NCBI GenBank assembly: GCA_016840065.1
Contig: JAEOTB010000091.1
Coordinates: 1-64,000 of the forward strand
Direction: 5' to 3'
DNA from: Candidatus Hermodarchaeota archaeon
GTDB lineage: Archaea > Asgardarchaeota > Hermodarchaeia > Hermodarchaeales > Hermodarchaeaceae
Length of the DNA: 64,000 nucleotides
The position numbers and the translations under genes were made by a program. Shown here piece after piece: positions 18,238 to 27,778 of this stretch (positions are counted from its first letter, which is position 1; each line of letters begins with the position of its first letter). The notes below the pieces were generated by a model. That model ran no database searches. It worked only from the letters and a program-made list of their open reading frames with translations, and had not been told where the DNA came from.

Positions 18238-19731
18238 ATGAGTATAGCTAGTGAAACGCGTAAGATTGGCATTGTAACGATAATTCAATACTTGGCGTTT
18301 TGTTTTTACCTACTAGTTATACCGACTCTCTTCGGTCCTGAACACTATGGTGTTCTGGTAACAGTTACAACATCTACAGTGTTATTTTCCCTGATTAGTG
18401 ATTTAGGTATTAATGTAGCAATTTACAGATATGTTCCTCAGCATGCAGCATTAGGACAAGATGAGAAAATTCGTGGACTTATCCGTCGGTGTAATATGGT
18501 AAGATTCCTTTCGATTATACCATTCATTCTTCTTTGGATAGTCTTTTTTATCCCATTAGGTCTGGACGTTGTAATCGTTGCTTCAGGAGCAGCTGTATTT
18601 TGCGGTATGGCGTTTGTTGGTTACTTGTATTCGATTGCCTATGGGCGCGGAAAGAGTGGGTGGTATACAAGCAAGGATGCCTTTAGAGCGATCCTCCGGA
18701 TATTCTTCTTGGTAGTGGGATTTACAACATTCGGGTTAGGTGGGGCGATTTTAGGATTAGTCTTTGTAGAAGGTATATTGATTGTAATCGGATTAGGGCT
18801 AGTTTGGGGTGATTTATTCGGTAAAACTGAGGACGTGCCATTTAGTAGTTACCTAAGCAGAGCTAGCCAATTCTGGGTCTACAAAGTACTATTAACGGTG
18901 TATCATGCTCTAAGCATCTACATCACACAATTTTTCATGGCATCTTATACACAAGTTGGATACTATTCATTTGGAATGGATTTTGGGCGTTTTACGGCTG
19001 TGTTCCTTAGTTCAATTGGAATTGCAGCTCTTCCTGTTATTATCGAGTTATTTACAGATGGTGAAAAGCAGCGTGTCATAGTGCTAGTTGAGCGAGCGAC
19101 GAAATACCTAGCAGTTATCGCTCCAGTCGTCATACTTTGGGAGATATTCTTTGTACCCATTATTATCATATCAATTATTCCTAGCTATTTACCAAGTGTT
19201 ATTATCGCACAGATTTCGCTTCTTTGGGTCTTCCCAGCTAGCGTCTCGGCAGTTTTTAGTGGAGTAGTTTTAGCAAAGGAAAAACCGATTATTGTGATCA
19301 GAGCCCGAGTCCTTTCACTTGTCTTTTTCCTTATCCTCGCGATAATAACTGGCCCCGCTATGGGAATACTAGGCATTGCTTGGTCCTACACTTGTGGTCA
19401 AGTAGTGGAAGCAATTTCCACAACTTGGGGGGCGATAAGGACATTTGCATTGAAAGTACCCAAGCGAGCAATACTTGTAGCACCAACATTGACATTCTTC
19501 CTGTGGATAGGGATAGCCCTGCTTTCCCCTCCAATATCTATCCCTATTGCTACGATTTTTATCCCATTCACATCAGTGTGCATCATAATTTGGGTTCCCC
19601 TTTCCTTCTTCTCCCTAGTTATCGCATCGATTGTTTACCTAATATTGCTAATTGCTTCAGGGACCTTAACAAGAATGGAGTTTAAGGAAATCCTGTATGC
19701 AATTATTCCGCTAGACAGAGAAAAATCGTAG
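18238..19731 (+). CDS. Wzx/MOP-family oligosaccharide flippase
   Basis: About 14 TM; FGPEHYG, SDLGINVAIYRYV, VGYYS, MGILGIAWS. Confidence 0.8.
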   Translation: MSIASETRKIGIVTIIQYLAFCFYLLVIPTLFGPEHYGVLVTVTTSTVLFSLISDLGINVAIYRYVPQHAALGQDEKIRGLIRRCNMVRFLSIIPFILLWIVFFIPLGLDVVIVASGAAVFCGMAFVGYLYSIAYGRGKSGWYTSKDAFRAILRIFFLVVGFTTFGLGGAILGLVFVEGILIVIGLGLVWGDLFGKTEDVPFSSYLSRASQFWVYKVLLTVYHALSIYITQFFMASYTQVGYYSFGMDFGRFTAVFLSSIGIAALPVIIELFTDGEKQRVIVLVERATKYLAVIAPVVILWEIFFVPIIIISIIPSYLPSVIIAQISLLWVFPASVSAVFSGVVLAKEKPIIVIRARVLSLVFFLILAIITGPAMGILGIAWSYTCGQVVEAISTTWGAIRTFALKVPKRAILVAPTLTFFLWIGIALLSPPISIPIATIFIPFTSVCIIIWVPLSFFSLVIASIVYLILLIASGTLTRMEFKEILYAIIPLDREKS

Positions 19732-19740
19732 GAGTTTGGC

Positions 19741-20865
19741 TTAGGACTTTATGACACTCCTATAGACTGCTTCCACCTTTCCTGCAATGTTAGTCATATT
19801 ATGTTTGTTGACAACAAGTTTGTAAGCTGCTGCACGAATCTTTCTTCTAAGCCGCTTATCTTTTAGAAGTAGAATGGCCTCTGCTAGTTTTTCAGCAGAG
19901 TGCGAATTCACAAGTATGCCCGTTTCTTGGTGGTGTATGATTTCAGGAATACCACCTACATTTGTACCGATAAATGGAACACCAGCAGCCATCGCTTCAA
20001 GCCCAACTGTTGGTATACCTTCCCAGAGTGAGGGGAGAACACAAGCGAAAGCCCTTGACATTAGCGAAGGAATGACTTTGTGAGGTTGTTGACCCAAGAA
20101 TTCGACGTCTAATCCATCTGCTGCTTTGCGGAGTTGAGATAATAGGGTACCCACTCCAACAACTCTAAGCCCAAAGTTCTCACCCCAACCTTTCAGTATA
20201 TGCAGAGCTTCAATTAATCTAGGTACTCCCTTCCAAGCTTCAAGATCACCAACGAAAATTAAGTGACCGTCTGACACTTCGCGCTGACTGAAAATTGGAA
20301 AGTGAGTCATATCAACAGCGTTCGGGATAACGACTGTTTTTGAGACGGTGTAGGGGTAGAGCTTGCTAGCCTTATTTGCATCAGCTTGTGATTGGGCAAT
20401 TATCTTATTTGCTGTGCGCATGGTTGCTGAGCCAATAGTTCGGTCGAAGAGCTGCTTTATTGAACGTTTGCCAGGATGGATGCCTCCAGGCGGAGTACCA
20501 AGCCCACCATGTAAGTGAAGCACGAGAGGAGAGAATTTCCCTAGTCTTAGTATTCTTGCTAGTATTGCTTGATTTGATGTGAAATAAAGATGTGAGTGAA
20601 TGTGAATGACATCGTAGTTGGTGCGGAGGAGCTTAGGCAGTATGATGGTTAGAGGATTGATTTTCCAAATTACTGTTGGAGTACAAAACCGATATACTTT
20701 CACCCCATTTATGACCTCATGTTTCGGGCTAGATGCCATTGTTCGGGCGGTAAAGACATCTACTTCGTGACCTCGATTAACGAGTTGACGTGAAAGGTTA
20801 TGACAGAATCTTTCAGTTCCTCCAAATTGTTCACCAAAGAAGGGAGAAATTTGAAGGACTTTCAT
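19741..20865 (-). CDS. Glycosyltransferase family 4
   Basis: GGTER, IPNAVD, PSLWEGIPTVGLEAMAAG. Confidence 0.93.
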   Translation of the reverse strand: MKVLQISPFFGEQFGGTERFCHNLSRQLVNRGHEVDVFTARTMASSPKHEVINGVKVYRFCTPTVIWKINPLTIILPKLLRTNYDVIHIHSHLYFTSNQAILARILRLGKFSPLVLHLHGGLGTPPGGIHPGKRSIKQLFDRTIGSATMRTANKIIAQSQADANKASKLYPYTVSKTVVIPNAVDMTHFPIFSQREVSDGHLIFVGDLEAWKGVPRLIEALHILKGWGENFGLRVVGVGTLLSQLRKAADGLDVEFLGQQPHKVIPSLMSRAFACVLPSLWEGIPTVGLEAMAAGVPFIGTNVGGIPEIIHHQETGILVNSHSAEKLAEAILLLKDKRLRRKIRAAAYKLVVNKHNMTNIAGKVEAVYRSVIKS

Positions 20866-20973
20866 AGTGTGTTAACACTCTTTTCGCGCTAGTTGTCAAT
20901 TGCAGGTTATCATTCTCGTTTTCTATTTATCTGTTTCTTAATAGTAGCTTCTCCTAGATAGCTAGAGGATTTC

Positions 20974-22029
20974 TCAACGCTCAATCAATAGCCTGCGGAG
21001 GTTCCGTTTCACTTCTTCTTTGTCCTTATTTGTTTCGTACCATTGAATTGTGCGAGTAAAGCCCTCAAGATAAGAAACATTTGGTTCAAAGCCAAGCAAT
21101 TTTCTTGCCTTTGTCAGATCCGCAGCGCGCGACACAACCCCAACAGGCTTTGAAAGGTCCCTGTGAATACGTTTTGGTCTCCAGCCAATTATCTTGAAGA
21201 TTTGCTCAGCTGCGTCATTGATGGTAATCCTATCGTCTCGACCAGCATTGACAGCGGAACCATCTTCAATCTTTTGGCAAGTGAGGAGTAGAGCATCAGC
21301 AATATCTTCGACATAGGTGAAGTTTCGATCTTGCTCGCCACTTCCCCAGATTTCATAGGGATCCATTTTGATAAGGGCCTTGGCAATCAGAGCTATAACT
21401 GCATGAGTCTCGTTCTCTCGAGGCCCATATGCTGTAAAGATTCGCACCGATGAGGTTTTCACCCCGTACTGACGGTGATAAGCTCGCAAAGCCATTTCAC
21501 CCATGAGTTTTGCCCATCCGTACTCCAAATCTGCAAATGCCTTGTCTCGTACGAATGGATCTGCATCCGCCTCTTTGAGAAGGTAAGAGGACCCAGTTTC
21601 CTCTTGCAGGTAGCTAGGGTAGACACAGGCAGAGCTAGCAAAACAGATGCGGTCAACCCCTGCCCTGTATGCTTCTTCGAATACTAACTGATCAAGAAGC
21701 ATGTTTGTACAGCAATCGGCAGGATGAGTGTGAATATAGCCGCGACCTCCATGAAGAGCTGCTAGATGAAAGACAATATCAATGTCTTGTAAAACTAAAC
21801 GAGTGAATTTGCGTTCCTTAAGGTCTCCTTGAATAACTGTCAAGTTATCAGTAACCCAGATAGCCTTTCCGCTCTTTCTCTCGAAATTGTACTCCAGATT
21901 TTCTAGTTTTCCACTGGAGAAATCGTCCGCTACGAGTACTTCGGCTCCAGTCGATGCTAATTTGTCAACAAGATGGCTCCCGATGAAGGAGGCGCCACCT
22001 GTTACCAAGATCTTCTTACTTCTCCACAT
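20974..22029 (-). CDS. NDP-sugar epimerase, GDP-mannose 3,5-epimerase-like SDR
   Basis: TGGASFIGS, HLAALHGGRGYI, ASSACVYP, YGWAK. Probable start ATG 22029 overlaps the upstream gene end. Confidence 0.85.
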   Translation of the reverse strand: MWRSKKILVTGGASFIGSHLVDKLASTGAEVLVADDFSSGKLENLEYNFERKSGKAIWVTDNLTVIQGDLKERKFTRLVLQDIDIVFHLAALHGGRGYIHTHPADCCTNMLLDQLVFEEAYRAGVDRICFASSACVYPSYLQEETGSSYLLKEADADPFVRDKAFADLEYGWAKLMGEMALRAYHRQYGVKTSSVRIFTAYGPRENETHAVIALIAKALIKMDPYEIWGSGEQDRNFTYVEDIADALLLTCQKIEDGSAVNAGRDDRITINDAAEQIFKIIGWRPKRIHRDLSKPVGVVSRAADLTKARKLLGFEPNVSYLEGFTRTIQWYETNKDKEEVKRNLRRLLIER

Positions 22030-22993
22030 TGAGGACACCTTTAGCCCAATTATAGGTTTGTTGTAGACCAATATCCAAAGCGGTTTTTGGTACCCAATCC
22101 AGCACTTTTCGCATAAGCGTCTGATCAGCGCAGTATTTGTTTGTACCAGTAGGCTGGGTTGTATCCCATTTGATTTTTATATCCTTATTTGAAATTTTGA
22201 CTATCCTTTCTACTAATCCACGGATAGAAATAGTATCATTAGAACCCAAATTGATAGCTTCTGCTTTAGTTAGTTTCTCCATGAATTTGATTAGCCCATC
22301 AACACAATCTTGGACATAGAGAAATGCGCGTTCTTGGCTACCATCGCCAAACATTGAGAACCCCTCTTTGGGGTACAGGATGGCTTTCCTGATAAGAGAA
22401 GGAATAACATGAGACCAGCGTGAATCAAGGTTCTCCCTTTCACCATACGCGTTGAAAATACGTGCTGAAGAACATTGCAGACCGTAATCATCATGATATG
22501 CGCTGCATTGGATTTCGCCAAGTAATTTTGCCCAGCCGTAGGTGGTGGCTGGATTAGCGGGGATAGCGTCTGATTCTTTGAAGCGATTGAGTCCAGTATG
22601 ACGCTCTCGGTAGATACAGGCTGAACTAGCGAATACGAACCGTTTTATGTCCGTTTTACGAGCTGCTTCGAGCATGTTGGTGTTCATTTGAATACTGGGT
22701 GTTAAGCCTCCAACATTCTCTCTTTTTATGAATTGAATACCACCGACGGTGGCTGCCAGATGGAAAACATGGTCCACCCCATCGCAGGCCTTGTGGCAAA
22801 TATTTGGATTGGTTAAGTCACCGACAAGTAATTCGATTTGTTCAATGACATCCTCGATGTTTTCACGTGTTCCCCGCGAGAAGTTGTCAACCACTCGTAC
22901 AGCACATCCTAGTTTGAGAAGTTTCCGAACTAGAGACGACCCGATAAACCCAGCACCGCCAGTTACCAGAACACGTAAATTCTGCCAAAGCAC
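22016..22993 (-). CDS. NDP-sugar epimerase, GDP-mannose 3,5-epimerase-like SDR
   Basis: [33 protein letters not shown]. Confidence 0.85.
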   Translation of the reverse strand: MLWQNLRVLVTGGAGFIGSSLVRKLLKLGCAVRVVDNFSRGTRENIEDVIEQIELLVGDLTNPNICHKACDGVDHVFHLAATVGGIQFIKRENVGGLTPSIQMNTNMLEAARKTDIKRFVFASSACIYRERHTGLNRFKESDAIPANPATTYGWAKLLGEIQCSAYHDDYGLQCSSARIFNAYGERENLDSRWSHVIPSLIRKAILYPKEGFSMFGDGSQERAFLYVQDCVDGLIKFMEKLTKAEAINLGSNDTISIRGLVERIVKISNKDIKIKWDTTQPTGTNKYCADQTLMRKVLDWVPKTALDIGLQQTYNWAKGVLNVEK

Positions 22994-23085
22994 TTTTCTT
23001 CGCCCTTCAATTTATTGAATAATAACCAAATGAAACGGTATTCATAATTTAAGTTTAGTTAGTCACGAAATGGAGCTAGTAGCTG

Positions 23086-26000
23086 TCACATTTCTGAAGC
23101 TCTCGACTTCCTTCGTCTGAAAGAATAGATTACCAGAGTCACGATTAGAATGCCTGAGAATATGGGCAAGAGAAGCCGATTAATGACCTCTGGAGAATGG
23201 AGAAGGAGTAACTCGTTGTGCACTACAGTGTTGTTTTCTAAAATTATTAACCTTACCTGAGACATATGTCGCCAGTAAGGTCCGCCATACCCATATCCCG
23301 TTGATTCACTGATGAATTCGAATTCAAGTTCTATGTCATTCAGACCTGCCACTAAGGTTGCTGCACTGATATTTGTGAAGCGATCGGTACCGGTAAGAAT
23401 TGAGATATTTTTAGTGTTCGGAGAATAGATTTGTAGTTCAATCCAGACCGACTTGTCTTCATCAACCCTGACTATTGATTCATTAATAGTAATATTTGGA
23501 ACTCCACCCTGAATCTTATTGATTAGCCGAAAGACTCCTACCCGTCCATAGGGAAGAGAGAGTGATTGAACTCGAAGTGCATAATATGAGAAAGAGAGCT
23601 CAATCAGAGCTGAATGATTCAAGGATTTATCGGTTATTTGCAGAACATCTAAACTCCCATTGAAATAGTGGTCTTGCTGCTCACTATCTCGACCCAATTC
23701 TAGATTGTACGGTGACGATCTTATTACTCCACTAGCTAGCTCGGAGGTAATTGGAGAGCCATCGACATAGACCTCCATTTTTTCATTGTCGTATGTGAAG
23801 ATGAAGTGATGCCACAATCCGATGTAGGGAGCTGCTTGTATTGCTAATGAGCCAACAGCCCCTAATGAGAAATAAATCCAGCCATCCCTAACATAAATCG
23901 TAAATGATCCTGTTAGCGGTGCATATCCCTTAGAGATTAGGACGCTATTTGTTTCTGAATCAGCTGACTCGATGAGTGCGAAGAAACCAATTGTAAAACC
24001 TTCTTGGCTTGGGAGTTCAAAACCTGGAACTGAAACATAATTTGTACCGTTCAAGCCTAAGCTCATTCCATGAATCCCAGGCGTGGATTCACATCCATGG
24101 TTTATTCCATGGTTCTCGAAACCACTATAATCGAGAACGGTAGTCGTATTTATGTCATCAAAGGACATGTATAAATGGGGTTCAGTTTGGTTTAGAGATG
24201 CAAGTACTGTGTTGTTTGAACTCTCGGGAGTGAGTAAGTCAACGTAAGCATAGTGTTTGATGTAATCATTAGCATACTCGTACCATGCCGCGCTCCAATC
24301 ATCACCTATGATAAAGAGCGTATTATTAGGGGCTACCTGAAGCAGTGTTTGGAAATCATCTCTTGTGGGCGGCGGAGGGAGTAGGAGGCCTCGTCCGAAT
24401 ATGTCAGGGTCGACAACTGGTCGCATGTAAATGTAACTATTAGAGAAGATGAGGTTGTCTCCATCCATATGATTAATGACGGCATCGTTGATTTCAGCAA
24501 AACCGTGATCACTATAGCGAATGGAGTTGCTCACGAATAGCGAATTAAAGAAGACACTATTCAGAAATAAAACAATCAATACTAGAGCCAAGGCAATTGT
24601 TCGTATGTCGAGAGTCTTAGAAATTGTCGGAAGTCGACTGAGGAACCTCTGTACACGTGGTGCAAACTGAGGGAAGAATAAAACTAGAATTAATGAAAAG
24701 GAAAGTAGTTGGGTAAGGATAATACCTGTTGTCCAAATCCTTGGCAACGAATATCCTACAACAATTAGCCCTTCTTCGATGGTTAATATTACATTGAGCA
24801 AAAGGAGGATACACATCCCAATGAATACCTGAAGACATGATATCGCCCGAGGGATTTCTTTGAAATCCTCCAATATTGCAAATGATAGTGGAACCCAAAG
24901 AGGAATCATCCACAAGGAATAGCGGTTGATGTCATTCGAACCAATAAGGGAGAGGGCATCGAAGTAGTAAAGGTAGAAAGATACGAGTATTAGAGATGCC
25001 AACACTGTTGTCCTAAATTTCCAATGCTTTCTCCTAGATATGATGAGTGCAGGTAGAATCAGAATTATTGCAGCGAAAAGGAGGCCTAGGGTTTCTGGTG
25101 ACAACAAGGTGTAGAAGTATTCAATAAACTCGATAGGCGTTCGGGTGAATAGAGTAGTAGAAGCAGGATTCCACCAAGGGGTAAAAAACCATCTAGTAAT
25201 TTTAGAGGCGGGGCTTATGAATATAAACTGTCCAAATATGTTTGAAAGTGCTTGGTTTCCAAGGAACCACCGTGATATCACATAAGGTACATCCAGACAT
25301 AATTCGTAGAGAAGAACAGGAATTACTGCTGCACCGAGAAGGATTTTGTATTTCATTCTGACTTTGTAGAGTTTGTACCGAACCAAAATGACAACTAAGG
25401 TTAGCCACATGCCTACAAGTATCAGGATATTGATTTTTACAAAGGCGATGATAACTACACCTAGGAGTGCAAAGAACAGGTTCGTCAGACTAATTTCTAC
25501 AGTCGTGTTTGTTTTTTGAAAAGATTTGATGAAGAAGAGTGCAGCAAAAACAGCGTAGAATGTAATTGCTAAATCGTTCAGAGCTAATCCCGAGAATATG
25601 AAGAGGAGAGGGGTGGAAAGAACGCCTCCAAATGTGGCTATCCGTAGCCACATGTTTCTAGTCAGGAGAGAGGAAGTCATTGCAGTCATGATCAAGAAGA
25701 AACCGCTTAATATCCCGGCATTCGAAGCGTGTACACCCGTCGAGGCGATAAAGGAAAGAAGAAGATATATCCAGAAGTATCGTCCGAGAATCAATACCAT
25801 TATCGCTCCGGTATCAGGCAATGCTGAGTGAGGGGCAGGTGGTACTCCTATATTCAGAATACCTAGCATAGCGTTTGAGATGTAGGTTGTTTCGTCTGGA
25901 GTGAAGAAGCGGGGAAGGTGGCTAAAATACAGGATAAGGGGGATGTACAGCATGCCCGCGAGGACAACTAATATCAAGTCGGACTGATTGATTTGGATTG

Positions 26001-26361
26001 CCCTCTTTTTTACAATGGAGAAAAGGGCTAATGGTAAAACCAGTAGAGTTGTAACTAGCGAGTAGGAAAAGGGGAGTTGAGCTAGTTTAAGATAGAGGAA
26101 CAATGAAGCTAGAACAACCATCAACACTGTGGAGATAAAGAAACCTAGGATAACGAGCTTCACCAGGCTTTGCTTATTTCCTTTCAACACAACTAACAAC
26201 ATGAATCCAGGTAGAATGTAAAGGCATGGGAATGCTATGATTACTCTAAGCAATGGTGATGCAGGGAGAAGGGAGAGAAGAAGATAGAATAATTCCAGAC
26301 CGATAATGCCAATAAACACTGCAGTTTTTCTGATGAATGTTAATAGGCTATCGATTCGCAT
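23086..26361 (-). CDS. Large membrane protein, paralogue 1: DUF1616-like TMs + GT-C-like membrane domain + extracellular LamG (ConA-like) domain + C-terminal TM
   Basis: YILPG, FTPDETTY, GRYFW, ALNDLA; LamG motifs VLDYSGFENHG, WHHFIFTYDNEKMEVYVDG, LELGRD..FNGSLD; many N-X-S/T sequons. Confidence 0.75.
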   Translation of the reverse strand: MRIDSLLTFIRKTAVFIGIIGLELFYLLLSLLPASPLLRVIIAFPCLYILPGFMLLVVLKGNKQSLVKLVILGFFISTVLMVVLASLFLYLKLAQLPFSYSLVTTLLVLPLALFSIVKKRAIQINQSDLILVVLAGMLYIPLILYFSHLPRFFTPDETTYISNAMLGILNIGVPPAPHSALPDTGAIMVLILGRYFWIYLLLSFIASTGVHASNAGILSGFFLIMTAMTSSLLTRNMWLRIATFGGVLSTPLLFIFSGLALNDLAITFYAVFAALFFIKSFQKTNTTVEISLTNLFFALLGVVIIAFVKINILILVGMWLTLVVILVRYKLYKVRMKYKILLGAAVIPVLLYELCLDVPYVISRWFLGNQALSNIFGQFIFISPASKITRWFFTPWWNPASTTLFTRTPIEFIEYFYTLLSPETLGLLFAAIILILPALIISRRKHWKFRTTVLASLILVSFYLYYFDALSLIGSNDINRYSLWMIPLWVPLSFAILEDFKEIPRAISCLQVFIGMCILLLLNVILTIEEGLIVVGYSLPRIWTTGIILTQLLSFSLILVLFFPQFAPRVQRFLSRLPTISKTLDIRTIALALVLIVLFLNSVFFNSLFVSNSIRYSDHGFAEINDAVINHMDGDNLIFSNSYIYMRPVVDPDIFGRGLLLPPPPTRDDFQTLLQVAPNNTLFIIGDDWSAAWYEYANDYIKHYAYVDLLTPESSNNTVLASLNQTEPHLYMSFDDINTTTVLDYSGFENHGINHGCESTPGIHGMSLGLNGTNYVSVPGFELPSQEGFTIGFFALIESADSETNSVLISKGYAPLTGSFTIYVRDGWIYFSLGAVGSLAIQAAPYIGLWHHFIFTYDNEKMEVYVDGSPITSELASGVIRSSPYNLELGRDSEQQDHYFNGSLDVLQITDKSLNHSALIELSFSYYALRVQSLSLPYGRVGVFRLINKIQGGVPNITINESIVRVDEDKSVWIELQIYSPNTKNISILTGTDRFTNISAATLVAGLNDIELEFEFISESTGYGYGGPYWRHMSQVRLIILENNTVVHNELLLLHSPEVINRLLLPIFSGILIVTLVIYSFRRRKSRASEM

Positions 26362-26396
26362 TGATATCTCCTCCAGACCAGTAATATCTAATAATC

Positions 26397-26418
26397 TTTA
26401 GCATGTCAGCCTTCACGT
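26397..26418 (-). promoter_or_regulatory. Conserved upstream element of paralogue 1
   Basis: tttagcatgtcagccttcacgt matches 31078-31099 at 19/22 positions, at the same 36-nt offset from the ATG. Confidence 0.55.
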
Positions 26419-26495
26419 GCCACATGCTTGTCCAGTTGCACACCAGGTTATCCCTTCCTTACACCATACTAAATCCCTCATCAAAGGTTCAGTGA

Positions 26496-27635
26496 CTAAC
26501 ATATTTCAGTGATTAGATCTGGGAGGGGGGCTAAAACGTTCTTCCACTGATACTTCTCTGCAATCAACTGAACTCCATTGTTGGATTTTGTTTGCCAGAT
26601 AGGTTCACTAGCTAAGGCTTCGAGAGCAGCTATGTAGTTCTCTGTTGAGTCTTCTCGTAAAGCTATACCACTTTCTTCTACATCAACCAGCTGCCCCCAG
26701 TCTCCTATATTCAGAGTGATGACTGGGAGTCCAACAGACATGTAGTCTAAAATTTTGATTGGAAAACTAACTAAACGCGTTGTATCTCGAGTCGACGGAG
26801 CTATACCTACTTGCATTTGCGCCATTACATCGAAAATTTTGGGTCGCGTCACAAAACCCAGGTATTTAATCGGGATGCGTTCATGTTTAATTCGAGCAAG
26901 TATATGCTTTTTGAGAGGGCCTCCTCCAGCAAGGTAGAATTTGTAGGTGGAGGAATCGGCAATTTTCGCAAGGTCTAAGAAGTCGTCTATACGCTCCCAA
27001 TACGTGAAAGCACCTGCATAAATCACCTTTAAGGGGAATTCGTATCTTGCCCTTACTGTAGGTAGATTTGCTCCGTTATAGATTACAGAGATTTTTTCAT
27101 CTGCAATTCTGTAGTGGGTGGCTATGTGGCGTTTCATCGATTTGCTTACGACTAGTAAATGATTACATCTGCGGAACACATCAACTTCAATAGCTTCTTT
27201 GATATACCATAATCGTTGCTTGGATCCACGAGCCTCTGCTCCAGCTAATCCGTGAGCATCCAAGATGATAGGTATAGAATCAGACTCGAAGACTTTGAGA
27301 GCCAACCATCCAAGAAGGTAATGTTCAGCGATAACCAAGTCAACTTTGATTTGTTGCCGGATACGACGAAGATAATTCCATGCAGTCGTTAATTGCAATC
27401 TTTGTAAGACAATGTTCTTCATATCAAATGTCTTGAATTTACGTAGTGGGAAAAGAGAGCCTATAATATTGGAGAATCCTTCCTTCTGAATGTAGGAGCG
27501 GGTAAATGATGGAAGAATTCCTTCATATACAATGAATCCAGAGGCTCGCAGGAAATGAATTATTTGTTGTATTCTGATTCTATTGCCTAATCCACGTGTA
27601 ACTCTGTGAATAAGTAATATTCGCCTCTTCTTCAT
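26496..27635 (-). CDS. Glycosyltransferase family 4 (GT-B, PIK-type C-terminal motif)
   Basis: IYNGA, IYAGAF, SFPIKILDYMSVGLPVI. Confidence 0.85.
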   Translation of the reverse strand: MKKRRILLIHRVTRGLGNRIRIQQIIHFLRASGFIVYEGILPSFTRSYIQKEGFSNIIGSLFPLRKFKTFDMKNIVLQRLQLTTAWNYLRRIRQQIKVDLVIAEHYLLGWLALKVFESDSIPIILDAHGLAGAEARGSKQRLWYIKEAIEVDVFRRCNHLLVVSKSMKRHIATHYRIADEKISVIYNGANLPTVRARYEFPLKVIYAGAFTYWERIDDFLDLAKIADSSTYKFYLAGGGPLKKHILARIKHERIPIKYLGFVTRPKIFDVMAQMQVGIAPSTRDTTRLVSFPIKILDYMSVGLPVITLNIGDWGQLVDVEESGIALREDSTENYIAALEALASEPIWQTKSNNGVQLIAEKYQWKNVLAPLPDLITEIC

Positions 27636-27778
27636 TAGAACCGCATCAGTATTATTTTAAAACGGCATTCACTTTTTCCATACATGAATCGTCATTATAT
27701 TATAATTCGCTAGGGTGATACTGTTCTTCCTGTTGAAGGAAATAATATACCTGAAACTAATGCCAAAGTGATTGACAG

